From Lytechinus pictus (Eukaryota): a stretch of DNA of 64,000 bases. Position numbers and translations under genes: made by a program. The first letter of the stretch is position 1. Every line of letters begins with the position of its first letter. The notes under the pieces are model-generated. The model was not told the origin of the DNA and ran no database searches. It worked only from the letters and a program-made list of their open reading frames with translations. This document shows positions 14,390-26,399 of the stretch, one piece after another. The stretch covers positions 30,196,001-30,260,000 of the forward strand of contig NC_087245.1 in the NCBI RefSeq assembly GCF_037042905.1, in the 5' to 3' direction.

Positions 14390-15190
14390 AGCTGAAAACT
14401 TATGATATTCTAACCAGAAAACTGGACATTCTAGGTACATAATGACTACCTTAATAAACAATAATTGGGCAAGAGCAAAACACGAGCCAAAAAATTGTGA
14501 TTTTCTCACCTGAAAACTGGATATTCTAAGCACTGTTTGTAACCAGGAACAGATAAAAAGCCTTTTCTATTTTGAAAAAAGGGCATCTTTTCCTACGGGG
14601 AATTTTTAACCAAACTTGGATGGCAGATTGACTTGGGGGACCTGCATGTTACGCTGCAGTTGGAGGTCACTCGGTATAAGGTCAAAGGTCATTTTTAGGT
14701 CAACGTTAAAGTTTACATGCGAGATTATCTTATGACACCTAACTCCGCATACGTAAGTTATTTTTCAACCAAACTTGGATGGTAGATGGACCTAAGGGAC
14801 CTGCATTCTAGGCTGCAGTCGGAGGCCACATGGTAAGGTCAAATGTTATTTTCAGGTCAACGGTAGAGTTTACATGCAAGACTCTCTTATGACACCTGAA
14901 AATTTGTGATATTCTAACCAGAAAACTGGACATTCTAGGAACAGAGTGACTACCTCAATAAACAATAATTGGGCGAGAACACGAGCCAAAAAAAAAGTGA
15001 TTTTCTCACCTGAAAACTGGATATTCTAAGCACTGTTTGTAACCAGGAACAGATAAAGGGCATTTTCCATTTTGAAAAAAAGGGCCTTGGATGGTAGTTA
15101 GGGGACCTGCATGTTATTGTGTTTGGAGGTCACATGAAATGGTCAAAGTTCGTTTTGAGGGCAAAATTTACGTGCAAGATTCTTATGACA
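14390..15190. repeat. ~505-bp direct duplication including AGGTCA-rich Helentron-like fragments
   Basis: 14392-14585 is repeated at 14896-15085 (TGATATTCTAACCAGAAAACTGGACATTCTAGG ... TTTTGAAAAAAGGGC). Confidence 0.7.
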
Positions 15191-15321
15191 AGTGTTATTG
15201 AATCCCAGTCATTTCACAATGAAGTTTTGATACAATTGTGTTGCGTGCCCTCGCAAATCACGATCTTTCTGGTTATTTTCATAAGTGGGCGATACAAAAA
15301 TTGCTTTTGCCTTGTAAATAC

Positions 15322-15468
15322 CTAAAAATACGACTCCAATACCACATCCAGACTTGCCACTGACGCGCCATACATGCTCCTCAGCAAAGTTGACTGTAAC
15401 AGGATAACCTGGTGATTGGATCACTATTGCGTAAATATCGGGAAGATCGACTCGATTGACCCTGGAAT
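15322..15468 (-). CDS. Internal exon encoding the N-terminal part of a divergent CUB-like domain
   Basis: Acceptor TTATTTTTAG, donor G|GTATTT; 147 bp, phase 1-1. Translation (D)SRVNRVDLPDIYAIVIQSPGYPVTVNFAEEHVWRVSGKSGCGIGVVFL shows the CUB pattern IxSPxYP...W. Confidence 0.65.
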
Positions 15469-15667
15469 CTAAAAATAAATTATATACGAACAAGCTTTTG
15501 AAAATTGGTAGACTGGGTGTCCGATGTACGGACACTTAAATATATAAAATGAAAATCATAATTTTTTCGTCTGGTTTTCTAAATGCGTCAATGTTGTGAA
15601 AGTTGATTATTTTGTTGTGATATTGTCTTACAATTCTTTTCAGTCATTATTCATATTACACTTAGCA

Positions 15668-15842
15668 GGGCGGTGTTTCATAAAGCTGGTCGTAGAGTTA
15701 CGCACTACTTTACGCAGGACTGGAACAAGTTTTTATAGGACATAAATCAATTACATAGGAATATCACTTAGCACAAAAAAATAATCACCAGTCGTGCGTA
15801 AAGTTATTCGTATCCTACGAACAGCTTTATGAAACACCCACC
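15668..15842. mobile_element. Short MITE
   Basis: TIRs GGTGTTTCATAAAGCTG / CAGCTTTATGAAACACC. Confidence 0.75.
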
Positions 15843-16505
15843 AGGATTTATTCGTAATAAAAACTACTATTCTTAAAAACATCCGTATTAAACAAAATGG
15901 GTATGTACTGCCATTGGCAAAAAACAAAACAAACAAATAAACATAATACTCATTATGATTCGTAAAATTTTTTTTCTTGTGGAATATCATAATATAATAT
16001 TAGGTTTATTTCTTGTAATTTTGAAAGAATATCTGTATATTGCCCAATTTCTCAGTTACGTATACGAATACGGCTGTGGAGCTACAAATAACAAATACGA
16101 TTTGTCCAATGATACGCCAGTGGTTGATTTCGTTGGTGTTACAATGGCGTACTAGTTGTATTGGGGATTGGGGATGCTGCTTCTCCCCGACTCATCTCAT
16201 AATAAAATCACAGAAGTGAGATTTTTTTAATTATTGTATCATTGTTTTCCAACACTTTTTTATCGATTTGTTTCATTGCTTGACGTTGCTTTAGTGATTT
16301 GGGAAGGGGCTTGTTCGCATCGCTAGCTTGAAAATTTTACCAAACAACAGAGCGTGGTATCTAAGAGTTATCTACCTCAGTTTATGGTCGGTTTATACTC
16401 ACTGGTTTACAGTTCTACATCTCAGATAGTCTTATACCACATGGATTAAACACATTTGGTCTACTATCAGTTTTATCTAATTGCCGTATAGTCTACTCTG
16501 CACTT

Positions 16506-17472
16506 CGTCGCCTTCCCGCAGAAAGGCCGTCAAAATGAACTGTTTTGTTTCTTATATTTTTGTCAACCATAACTTAACAAAAGATGAACATTTATTTTAA
16601 TCATGAAGTATGTTGTAAATATTTTTTTCTATTATTGCTCGTTGACAAGGAGCGCCCAATATAATATCTTTTTGTACTGATCTTTCATATCATCTTTGGA
16701 TGTTTTTTCCATGTATATTTATGTATATGTCTTTTATATTATGCAGGGCCTCCTAGTATAACAGTATTGTAACTACTGATGGGGCTACCCTGTTAAATAA
16801 AGACGAAGTAAGTAAATAAATAAAATAAACGCGCGCGTGCGCGAAAAGTACATTTTCTAGAAAAAAAAATTATTATGTTTTGATCTAATTTTTTTCTCTA
16901 ATGACGTTGCATTTAGGCGAGAATGGCACCAGAAAAAAGTTCTTGACATGCTTTCAGAAAGGCCGTTAACGTGCATGTGCGCGAAACGTAAATTTTCGAG
17001 AAAGCGCAAATTATATTTTGAACTTATTGTGTGCTTTTAGCAGCTAGTGTATTATTTTCTGTCCTAATTCTCATACCTTCTGACAAAGCAAGATGTTTTC
17101 TTCATTGATAGTTTTTTATTCAAAACACTCTTAATGCTTTCTTATCTTAACAAGGAATACATTACGCCCTTTTTCGGGAAGAGAAGTACGCAATCCGCTG
17201 ATCCAGTGACCGCAGTAAGGCTGCTAGCGCGAATCGGTCTGTGCGCACACGCACGTTGAACGAGAAGTTTCTTGTTCCCAGACAAAGGACGTGTCTCTGT
17301 GCTAAAGCACGTGGGAAAGTTTTTTTTTAATTATGTCATAATGACGTCACATTCATGTTCGAGATTGGTACTAGAAGAAAGATTATGACATGCTATCTCC
17401 ATTTCAGCAATAAAACAAAATTCGATTTTTGGCGCCAGAATACGTTAACGGCCTTTCTGCGGGAAGGCGACG
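16506..17472. mobile_element. MITE with 4-bp TSD (ACTT)
   Basis: ACTT|CGTCGCCTTCCCGCAGAAAGGCCGT ... ACGGCCTTTCTGCGGGAAGGCGACG|ACTT, a perfect 25-bp TIR. Confidence 0.85.
16630..16828 (+). mobile_element. 3' tail fragment of an L2/CR1-group LINE nested in the MITE
   Basis: CAGGGCCTCCTAGTATAACAGTATTGTAACTACTGATGGGGCTACCCTG followed by an (AAAT)n tail; resembles the reverse complement of 46419-46466. Confidence 0.65.
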
Positions 17473-17867
17473 ACTTGGTCTTATTGTAATTTGTTCTTCA
17501 CTGTACTTGCTTTAATATCTACTTATTCTTGGGTTGATTAAATTTTTGTCTTATTTTCATTATTTGAAATGAGAATGTGATTAATAATAAACAGTACGTT
17601 CAACCATCAGACCATTTTATGTGGTGTCTTCAACTAAAGTATAAGTAGACGAACTGGTCTTATATGTGGAATGAGGAAAGTCATACATGCATGAAACGTG
17701 TGTATTATTGCAGATAGTCTATTCAAGCATGACGATTTATGGGACGAGAGGAAACTTTACTTCGGTTGGTATGATGAAGCTATCGAATCGTATGGTTGTT
17801 ACGAAGTCTTGAACCAAAAAGTGAAATCACAAGATTTCCAGCTATTAATATTTTTTTCTCTACACTG

Positions 17868-18896
17868 CGCAGGACCAAAATCCAATTGAAACCAGTTGGA
17901 TTTCTAACTGGTTTCAAATGGTTTTAAATGGAATTTAACAATTTCCAGTTGAAACCAGTTGGGCAACTAGAAATTCTAACTGGAACCAGTTGGACAACTG
18001 GAAATCCTAACTGGAACCAGTTAGATAACTTGAAATCCTAACTTGAACCAGTTGGGTAACTGGAAATCCTAAATGGAACCTATTGGGTACCTGGAGATGA
18101 CTAACTGGAAAGGTGCGTCACTGGAAATGAATTCTAATTGGAACCAGCTGGGTAACTGGAAATAAAACTGGAACCAGTTGCGTAACTGGAAATCCTAACT
18201 GGATCCAATTAAAACCAGTTAATTTGCATATCTGCCAGTGTGCACATATTGATGTTTTATGAGATTCATCATCATTTACAATGTATCTCTTTAATTCTTT
18301 ACAGTTTTAAGTACCACATTTGTTTCAGTATTTAGAATACTTAGCAGTGAAAACCATGTTCATAAATGTTAGAGATTATAATTACAACAGATTCAAAGAT
18401 AATTAGTACACCACTGTTACCAAATTACATCAAATAAAAAATACATACATTTGAAGTTCTTCCATATAAATATATACATATGAAAGTCTGTATTTTACCA
18501 ATGCCCTTTACATTGGTATTAATAGACATATAACACTGCTTCTGTGATGGCATGAGCAATACTTAGTGCAAATACTAATTAATTTGTAATGCTAAGTAAT
18601 TTGTAACTAATTAAGTTCATTCCAACTGGAAGTTCCAATTGGATCCAGTTGGAAACTAACTGGTTTCAACTGGTTCCAGTTGAAACCAGTTGCCTCCAAT
18701 TGGTTTCAACTGGAACCAGCCAGTTGCCTCCAATTTGATTCAATTGGTTTTAATAGGGAAAATTGGAACAACTGGAAACAATCGAAACAAATTGTCAACT
18801 AGTTGCAGTTGCCCAATTGGTTTTAACTGGAACCAATTTGCAACTGGTTTCAATCGGTTTTGCTCTAATTGGTTTTAACTGGATTTTGGTCCTGGG
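17868..18896. mobile_element. MITE with subterminal AACTGG/CCAGTT repeats (CACTA/EnSpm-like architecture)
   Basis: TIRs CAGGACCAAAATCCA / TGGATTTTGGTCCTG; dense subterminal repeats at both ends around an AT-rich core. Confidence 0.75.
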
Positions 18897-18979
18897 GGAA
18901 CTTTTGAGAGTTTGCCTTTGATAGATAATATTTTTAACTGACCATCGAAACTTGATATTAAATATATATATTCATATAC

Positions 18980-19090
18980 CTTCGGAGCAGTTAATGCCAC
19001 TGTAACCCGGAGCGCATTGACAGTTGTATCCCCGATCTAGCTGTAGGCAAGTGCCACGTGGTCCACATGGCTCATGTTCATCACACGAAA
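18980..19090 (-). CDS. Internal exon encoding one EGF-like domain
   Basis: Acceptor TTTTACTCTCTTTCAG, donor G|GTATAT; 111 bp, phase 1-1. Translation [37 protein letters not shown] has six Cys in EGF spacing. Confidence 0.9.
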
Positions 19091-19544
19091 CTGAAAGAGA
19101 GTAAAATAAATAATGTATTTCAATACATATTAATCACACACATTCACACATACACACTATCTTGCCCTCACACACACGCACACACACACACTAGCATATA
19201 ATCTACACCCCGTCTACACCGACTACACCACCCCAACATGCGCTGTCTCCGGTTTCCAGGACATTGACGTTTGCATACACACAGGGCCGTCGCTAAAGGG
19301 GGTGGGACACCCCCCCCCCCCTACTCTGGATATCGTAGGTAAATCTGCGCGCCCGTCAGGAAAAAGGATGAAAGAAAGGAGACAGGGGAAAAAAGAAGGA
19401 AGGGAAGAAGAAAAAATGAAAGGAGAGGGGGAAAAGGAAAGAGAAAAGCAGGGGTTGTTTATGGACCGACGCCTGTCGTATACTAATTATTTATAATCAC
19501 CTACTGAATTTTATTATTTGTAAAATTATAATTTTTATCTATAA

Positions 19545-19817
19545 TCATGGAGCGTTGTGGCCCAGTGGATTAGTCTTCGGACTTTGAAACAGGGGGTCGT
19601 GGGTTCGAATCCCAGCCATGGCGTAATTTCCTTCAGCAAGAAACTAATCCACAATGTGCAGCACTCAACCCAGGTGAGGTAAATGGGTACCGGTAGGAAG
19701 TTATTCCTCAAGAAGCTGTGTGCGCTATGAACGCCTAGCTTAGCCGGGTAATATAGGAGCGCCTTGAGCACCTAACAAGGTGGATATGTGCGCAATATAA
19801 ATACCCTATATTATTAT
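19545..19817 (+). mobile_element. tRNA-derived SINE (same family as 12830-13106)
   Basis: A/B boxes, same body, (TAT)n tail. Confidence 0.9.
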
Positions 19818-20931
19818 AAATTGTTCTTCAAAACGGCATCGCTAACCAGATGTACGTCATACGTAAGCGGTTCAAGGGACGATCCTATTGTATTTTCGTT
19901 GTGTACATTTGGATCGAGGGATCTATACGACATCGGTCTGGCAAGAAACCTTTATTTTTTCACATTTTGATTGATATATTTTTTTTAACCTTCTTATGCA
20001 TTAGGCGTAGGAAGGTGTAGAGAATAATAAATTAAATCACCATCATTTACGTAATTTTTAATTAAAAAAAGATGGATTTCCTAGGGAAATCCATCAGTGT
20101 TTACATGTCTCTATTATGCATATATGGGAGGAGATTCAAGACTCAATGATGAAGAAGTATATGTCAACTTTTTTTTAAAGACGTCATCATGGAGTCCTCA
20201 AGACTAAATCCGTCGCGTCTTTCGAGAATTGGAAGCAGAATTTGATTTTACATCCTCACTCTCGATCCCAACTTTGCCATGTTCTTAGGTGCCGATTTTA
20301 TTTGGCAAAAGAAAACCAAACATGATCCACTACGTGGTATGACTAGTTACCCCATTTCTGAGCCGTCAGCGACTAGGAGGTCCGCCCAACAGAAAGCGAG
20401 CATGTTAGAGCTAATGCTTGGGCAAATTACCGACTATTGCCCAATAATATCGCGCAATTCTATCATTCGTGATTCTACTTCACTAGGGGACATTCGGGGC
20501 AAAATTAGGCTACATTATGGTTTCAAATTAGTGGTGCCCACTTTCTTGATTTTTCCGATATCAAGCTATCAAAGAATTATTGCCTTTGTTGACGATAATC
20601 TCCTTAAGGTTAATGGTGTTTTATCTCACCACGGTGAATTGATGTCAGAAGATGAAGAGTTGGCTCCTACACTTGAGAATGTCATAGTCCTCCAGTGGTT
20701 GCAATTGATCCATGCTGATCTCCCTCGTCTAGCTTGTAAAGCAGAGACATGGCACCGAGCTACGTACTCGATCTCTCTCGAGCCCTCAACAGCCTGCTCG
20801 ATGAGATTCACTCCACCGAAAACTCTCGTGCTATGCGTGCTACTGCCTCTTTCCCTCATCAGAAGGGACACATGTGAGCAAGTTTCCCACTCAAGCTCAG
20901 CCACGCCGTACTACAAAACCACAGTATTCCG

Positions 20932-21380
20932 ATAGAGCTGCACGGGCCTAATCAAAAGTGGTAGGCTATAGATATTCATTCGTGCCAACCCATTGCTCAA
21001 TTTTTAAATTTGATCTCGCTGATTGACAAAAATTGAATGAATATAATTGACAATCTAACACTGATTCTAGGGAGGGTTCCTACTGAACATCTTTTTTTTC
21101 CAAATTGGAAAGATATATCACCACTATATGGAACTAAATTTTACTGGCGGAAGAATTTTGATCCCGTCAGGTGTAGTCTTCATAAATGCTTATTTACTTT
21201 TAAAATGAGCCGGTCGAGGTACCCCTTTCTGGTCAGATATGGAATGTCAGACATTTATCCTATCCACTGGTAGTAAACATTCAACCCTCGAATTTCCTCC
21301 TTATTTTTAATGAATTCTTTTTAGGTGCCACTTTAACACATGAGTCTATGGGGATTGAATTAGGCCTGTGATACCTATAT
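20932..21380. mobile_element. MITE-like insertion in gag
   Basis: AT-rich block interrupting GC-richer gag, bounded by imperfect inverted ends CACGGGCCTAAT / ATTAGGCCTGTG. Confidence 0.55.
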
Positions 21381-21691
21381 ACCACGTCCTAACAAATACT
21401 GTCCTCTTTGCCGTGAGGCGCGCCGGCGCGATACTCATTTCCTTAGCGAATGTACATATTTGCAAGAACATGATCCTCGCTTCATAGCCAAAGCCCATCA
21501 AGTCGCCAATATCTTGGGAGAAGAGGACTTTGTCAAACGACAGTGATTCCGGGGATTCTGAACGGGTTTATCAGCTGTCAGCCCCACAGATGAGAATCCT
21601 CAGCATTCTCAGACTTCTGCCCTGCGAGTACAGATTCGCCAGTCTCCGTATTTTGATGCCTTTTGGGGGCACCATACCACCTCTATTACGG

Positions 21692-21766
21692 TAGTCTGCT
21701 ATGCAGACTCGTTGAATCAGCTGTGGTACACACACTGCAGATGTGGGTCTATAAATTTGTAGACAA
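21692..21766. mobile_element. 75-bp mini-element with TAGTC terminus and ~9-bp TSD
   Basis: CTATTACGG|TAGTCTGC...GTAGACAA|GTATTACGG; removing it restores the protease sequence ITVDSGATG. Confidence 0.8.
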
Positions 21767-24435
21767 GTATTACGGTGGACAGTGGTGCCACAGGTAACAT
21801 GATTCGTGCCACAACCCTACAGGCCTATGACAGTGAAATAAAACCTCGTTTGCAATCTTCATCAGGCGGATGGTGTGTCTCCCTTGAACGTAGTAGGTGA
21901 AACGTGCCTCACCTTCTCACGTGAATCTCAACAACTTGTTTTTGAGGGCTTTGTAGTTCATGAGTTGGATGTTGAAGTTTTTGCGGGGACTCCCTTCATG
22001 GAACTCAATGATGTCTCTGTTCGGCCTGCCAAACGCCAAATATGCATCGGCGATGACTTTGTGATTATTTATGGCTCTAAGCCCTCGTCTAACAAGAAGT
22101 CACATGCTGTTCGTCGGGCACATGTCCTTCGTTCCCTTCCGCAGTCAACCGTCCTATGGCCTGGTGATTTTGTTGAATTGACACTTCCTGCTGATTTGTT
22201 ATCCCATAAGACTGTTGCCCTCGAACCCTGTGTTGTCAGTTCGAAGTTCCTTCCACCGCTTGCCAGTCATGGCCTGATCCCTGTATCATATCGAGTGTGG
22301 CAGGCAAAGTTCGCATTCCAAATCTCTCTGATGAGCCTCGTCTTCTCCGCCAGAACGAGCATTTTTGTCAAGTTAGGCGCGTGTATGTTAATGAGTCAAC
22401 TAAATCTGGCCCGCTTGTACCTGAGCCGGTCAAGCCACGCCCCTCCGTGCGTAGAGTTACCAAACACTCTGATGCTATCTCTTTAGATCCGGATAGCATC
22501 CTCTCTCCTAGCTTAAAACAGGAATTTGCCATGCTCCATTCTGAGTTTGATGACGTGTTTGATCCTGCTTTCAAAGGTCATTTGAGGCAGTGGTGAACAT
22601 GGGGCCGGTCCAGCCTCCTCAGTGGAAGGGCCGCTTGCCCATGTTTGCCCGCCCATCCCTCATTGAACTTCAAAACAAATTTGATGAGTTGGAACAAGTG
22701 GGTGTGTTTACCCGCCTAGAAGATGTGGGCATTGCTGTAGAGAATCTCAATCCTTCTTCCTTGGTAAAGAAACCCAATGGTGGTTTTAGACTCATAACAG
22801 CTTTTGCCGATGTTGGACGTTACTCAAAGCCCCAAGTTCCCCAACCATACATCTTACCCGACGTTGCCTCAACCTTTCGCCATATTGGTCAATGGCGATA
22901 CCTTATTACCTCAGACCTTGTCATTGCCTTCTATCAGATCCCCTCAATTAAATATTGTTGCGTGGCTACCCCGTTTCGCGGAGTAAAGGTTTACTCTCAG
23001 GTCAGCAATGGGAATGCCTGGATCAGAAACAGCTTTTGAAGAGCTGATGTGTCGTGTTCTTGGTGATTTGTTACATGAAGCTGTTGTTGTCAAATTGGTC
23101 GATAACTTGTTCTGTGGGGGAATACCCCCAATGAGCTCTTGGATAATTGGACTCATGTCTTATATGCTGTCCGGTCTTTAAGAAGACAGTCGTTTGCCCC
23201 AAATCAATTGGCGTTCGTGGTTGGATCTGGTCTCAGGGCACTCTTGCTCAAGCCTCCACCGTGGCGCGGCCCTGTCCTCTTGTGACCTGCCCGAGACTGC
23301 CTAAGGTTTGAGATCATTCATTGGTGCCTAAAAGATGATTTCACGAGTTGTTCGTCATTGTGCTGTGTTGCTCAGCCCCTTAGATGCTGTTGTTGCTGGC
23401 CACTCTTCTTCTGACCGCACTGACTGGTCTGATGACTTACACGATGCGTTTCAAACTTGTCGAGATGCCCTTTTCTCCCCTTTCCATTACCCTTTCCCAT
23501 CCAGCTGATCAGATTTGGATTATCACGGATGGCGCTGTCCAGAACCATGGACTTAGCTCTACGATGTATGTTACCAGGGCTGGCAAACCTCATCTGGCTG
23601 GATTTTGCAGTGCAAAACTGCGTTGGCGGCAGATAACATGGTTGCCCTGTGAAGTCTAAGCCCTGTCCATCTCAGCTGCTTGCACTCATTTCGGCCCATA
23701 TATGGTCAAGGCCCGTCAACGCACATGTATTCTCGCCGATAGCAAACCCTGTGTCCAAGCCTTTTAGAGGCCGTGTCGTGGTGCGTTTTCTGCAAGTCCT
23801 CGGGTGTATACCTTCCTCTCCAATGTCAGTAGGTACCAATGTTCCATCCAGCACCTGGCTGGAGCAGTTCACATCCCATCTTACTTTGCTAGTCGTGCTG
23901 ATCCCTCGTGTCAGATTTGCTTGTTCATCCACACAACCGAAGATTCCGTCGTTCATCGGATCACGTCGAGAGAAGTCCTTGCCGGTGTCATAGGATTTTT
24001 GGCCCGGGTACCGGCGGTCCAAAACGACTAGTTGATTAGTACCGCCAGTACAAAACGACTAGTCGATCGGGCCCCCCGGATCCAAATGACTGGTTGAAAT
24101 TTTTGCCGAAACGACAGGAGAGCCGCCGTTTGGTTCCGTATTCGTCAGAATGTAGTAAATGTAGTAAATATATACTATAAATATCTGCTTTGGTGAAATG
24201 TTTCAATATATATATTGGTGTGATTTTGATGTAATTTCATCCCAATTATTTACATAATTCGGTCTAAAATTAAAAATGTTGGTACATCTACATAAGAGGT
24301 ATTTCAGCCTCGTACGTTAGGTACCGGTAACTTTTTTGCGCACGCGCAGCGCTGCACTGCTTGGACAGTTGATAGACACGATACGACGCGGCCCGGTACC
24401 GCACTGTACTGTATTAACGAGTGCCTATCCCTTAA

Positions 24436-24813
24436 AGGTATTGTTTAACTTTGTGAGCAACTGATTTAAAAAATTCTTAAACCAAGATGAAACATGTGTA
24501 CAAGTGCATGTATTAGAACCAATAAACCCTGAAAACAACCATTATTGAGAAAGAAAAGCTAAAACTACAAGGCAAACCCCGATTTTGTAAATAGGCGTCT
24601 ACTAGACGCCTAAATAGTACACATAAGTGTATGGGATGAAATTAAGTTGGTGTTTCCGGTCACTTTATATTTCAATTTTTGAAGCACTAAATAATTATTT
24701 TCGAACGCAATTTTTTCTGGGCTTCATTTTTGTAACATATCACAGTCACAGGTGACAAGTGTGACCTTCTAGCTCAGATTTTTTAAAAGTCAAACCAATG
24801 TTAAACAATTACT
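24436..24813. mobile_element. MITE with TTAA TSD (Kolobok-like)
   Basis: TTAA|AGGTATTGTTTAAC ... GTTAAACAATTACT|TTAA. Confidence 0.7.
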
Positions 24814-25479
24814 TTAAGTTGCCCTTCTTAAATGCCCGACCAGTGCCCGATTTCCTTTTACTGTTCTGAGAACTCTTATACAAGTGCATGTTTTATTTCT
24901 TAAAAATAATTTCAAAATGTTATGCCCCCATCACTTGCCCTTTTTCATCTGCAGAGTGCCCCTTTTTACCTTTGATTAAGCGCCCCATTTGAATATGTCG
25001 TTATTCTAATAAATGCCTCTTTTCTTTTCTAGATTGTTCAAAATGTGCAGTTTGTTAATGTAAAGTATTTGCTATTAGCGCACTCTTATGCAGGGGCACC
25101 TGAACTGGGAAAAGGGGGCACCCCCCCCCCTTTGTGTCTACAAGGGGCATTAGACTTTTTACCTTAGGGTGCCCTGGGGTAGGCAAGGTGTTGAACGTAA
25201 TCTGTTTTCACCCAACCCCTTTTGACAATTTTTTTTTGACCAATTGACCACCGATGGGGACGGACGTACTTTAAGAGCGCTCTTGGCCAATGTCGCCGCA
25301 ACTACTACACGACTTATTTTCTTAATTATGACTAAGGATGTACCTGATATTTGAACTACTGTATATTCTATATCTGCTTATGGATTATTTACGGTCTTCA
25401 CTTCATAAAAACTGATCTTACTACGAATAACCAGATACATTCTTCTCACTGCGTTTTCTTCGACTTATTCGTAGTCATC

Positions 25480-26313
25480 ATGCACCCAAGTACTCGCTCT
25501 AAGACGGCTAATAAGACGCCGCCCGCCCTTCAAACATCAACCCAAGAAGCTAGCAACAACCTACCTCAGTTAACCCTAGCAGACCTTTACAAGAAAATAT
25601 CAGAATCTACATCTAACCTAGGAGACAAGATTGATAAACTTTCAAACGAGGTTAGTCAAATTAATAAGAGGTTTGATGAACTTGAGGATAGCGTCGTTTT
25701 TCATACCGGGAAAATCAACGAAATCGAGAAGGAAATTATTCCCGAAGTAAAGTCGTCTCTTCAAGAGGAAATACAGAAGCTACAGGACAAAATAACGATG
25801 ATGGAAATCCACAACAGGAAATCGAATTTGCTTTTCTACGGAGCTACGGAAACACGCGGAGAAGATATCTACACTGTGTTAAAGGAGATTTTCATACATC
25901 TTGGCATACCTGCGAGGGAAGCGGATCAAATCCAGGTGATAAACACCCACCGGCTACCGAGGCGCCACGCCGAAGCAAACGCAAGTAACCTTGGCCCGAA
26001 CCCGATAATCGCCAGATTTGTCTTCATGGGAGATCGCGACCGTATTTTAAATGCTTTCGAACAACGTAGCCGAAGCAAAAGCGGAGCGACCCCCGAACCT
26101 CAACCCCAACCAGCAGGATCACAACGGCCGCGTATCACCGTAAGGACTGATCTACCCCCGGCACTAAAAATTCAACGTGGGAAGTTAGCTAACGAGGCTT
26201 ACAAATTGCGTAAAGAAAAAGGCCTATCAACGAAAATTGTTGTGTACGAAGCTAAAGTCATCCTAAAGTGGAAGGAAAAGGGATCAGCTAACTGGAACAA
26301 CTACACTGGATAA
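25480..26313 (+). CDS. L1/Tx1-type ORF1 protein (coiled coil, RRM, CTD), intact
   Basis: Uninterrupted ORF from ATG (MHPSTRSK); heptad-rich N-terminal half, then the ORF1p motifs RKSNLLFYG, HRL, PIIARF, DRDRIL and TDLP. Confidence 0.85.
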   Translation: MHPSTRSKTANKTPPALQTSTQEASNNLPQLTLADLYKKISESTSNLGDKIDKLSNEVSQINKRFDELEDSVVFHTGKINEIEKEIIPEVKSSLQEEIQKLQDKITMMEIHNRKSNLLFYGATETRGEDIYTVLKEIFIHLGIPAREADQIQVINTHRLPRRHAEANASNLGPNPIIARFVFMGDRDRILNAFEQRSRSKSGATPEPQPQPAGSQRPRITVRTDLPPALKIQRGKLANEAYKLRKEKGLSTKIVVYEAKVILKWKEKGSANWNNYTG

Positions 26314-26399
26314 AAGTGAGTCAATTCCTAATCCGTTTTCACTTCAAACTTCATTTCAACTTCAACTGAATCACTGGAAAGATATTTCGTTCATGAATG

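Larger units (their letters stand above)
20200..23985 (+). pseudogene. Decayed Ty3/Gypsy gag-pol, 5' part (gag, Zn knuckle, protease, RT, RNase H)
   Basis: Gag-like LELMLGQI..YCP; CPLC...H...C at ~21400; protease ITVDSGATGN at ~21770; [17 protein letters not shown] and MGMPGSETA; RNase H WIITDGA and WLPCE. Many stops and frameshifts. No 5' LTR found. Confidence 0.9.

Noticed and set aside
19990..20200. 5' LTR of the Gypsy element
   Set aside because: No match to 38929-39149 upstream of gag; the element appears 5'-truncated.
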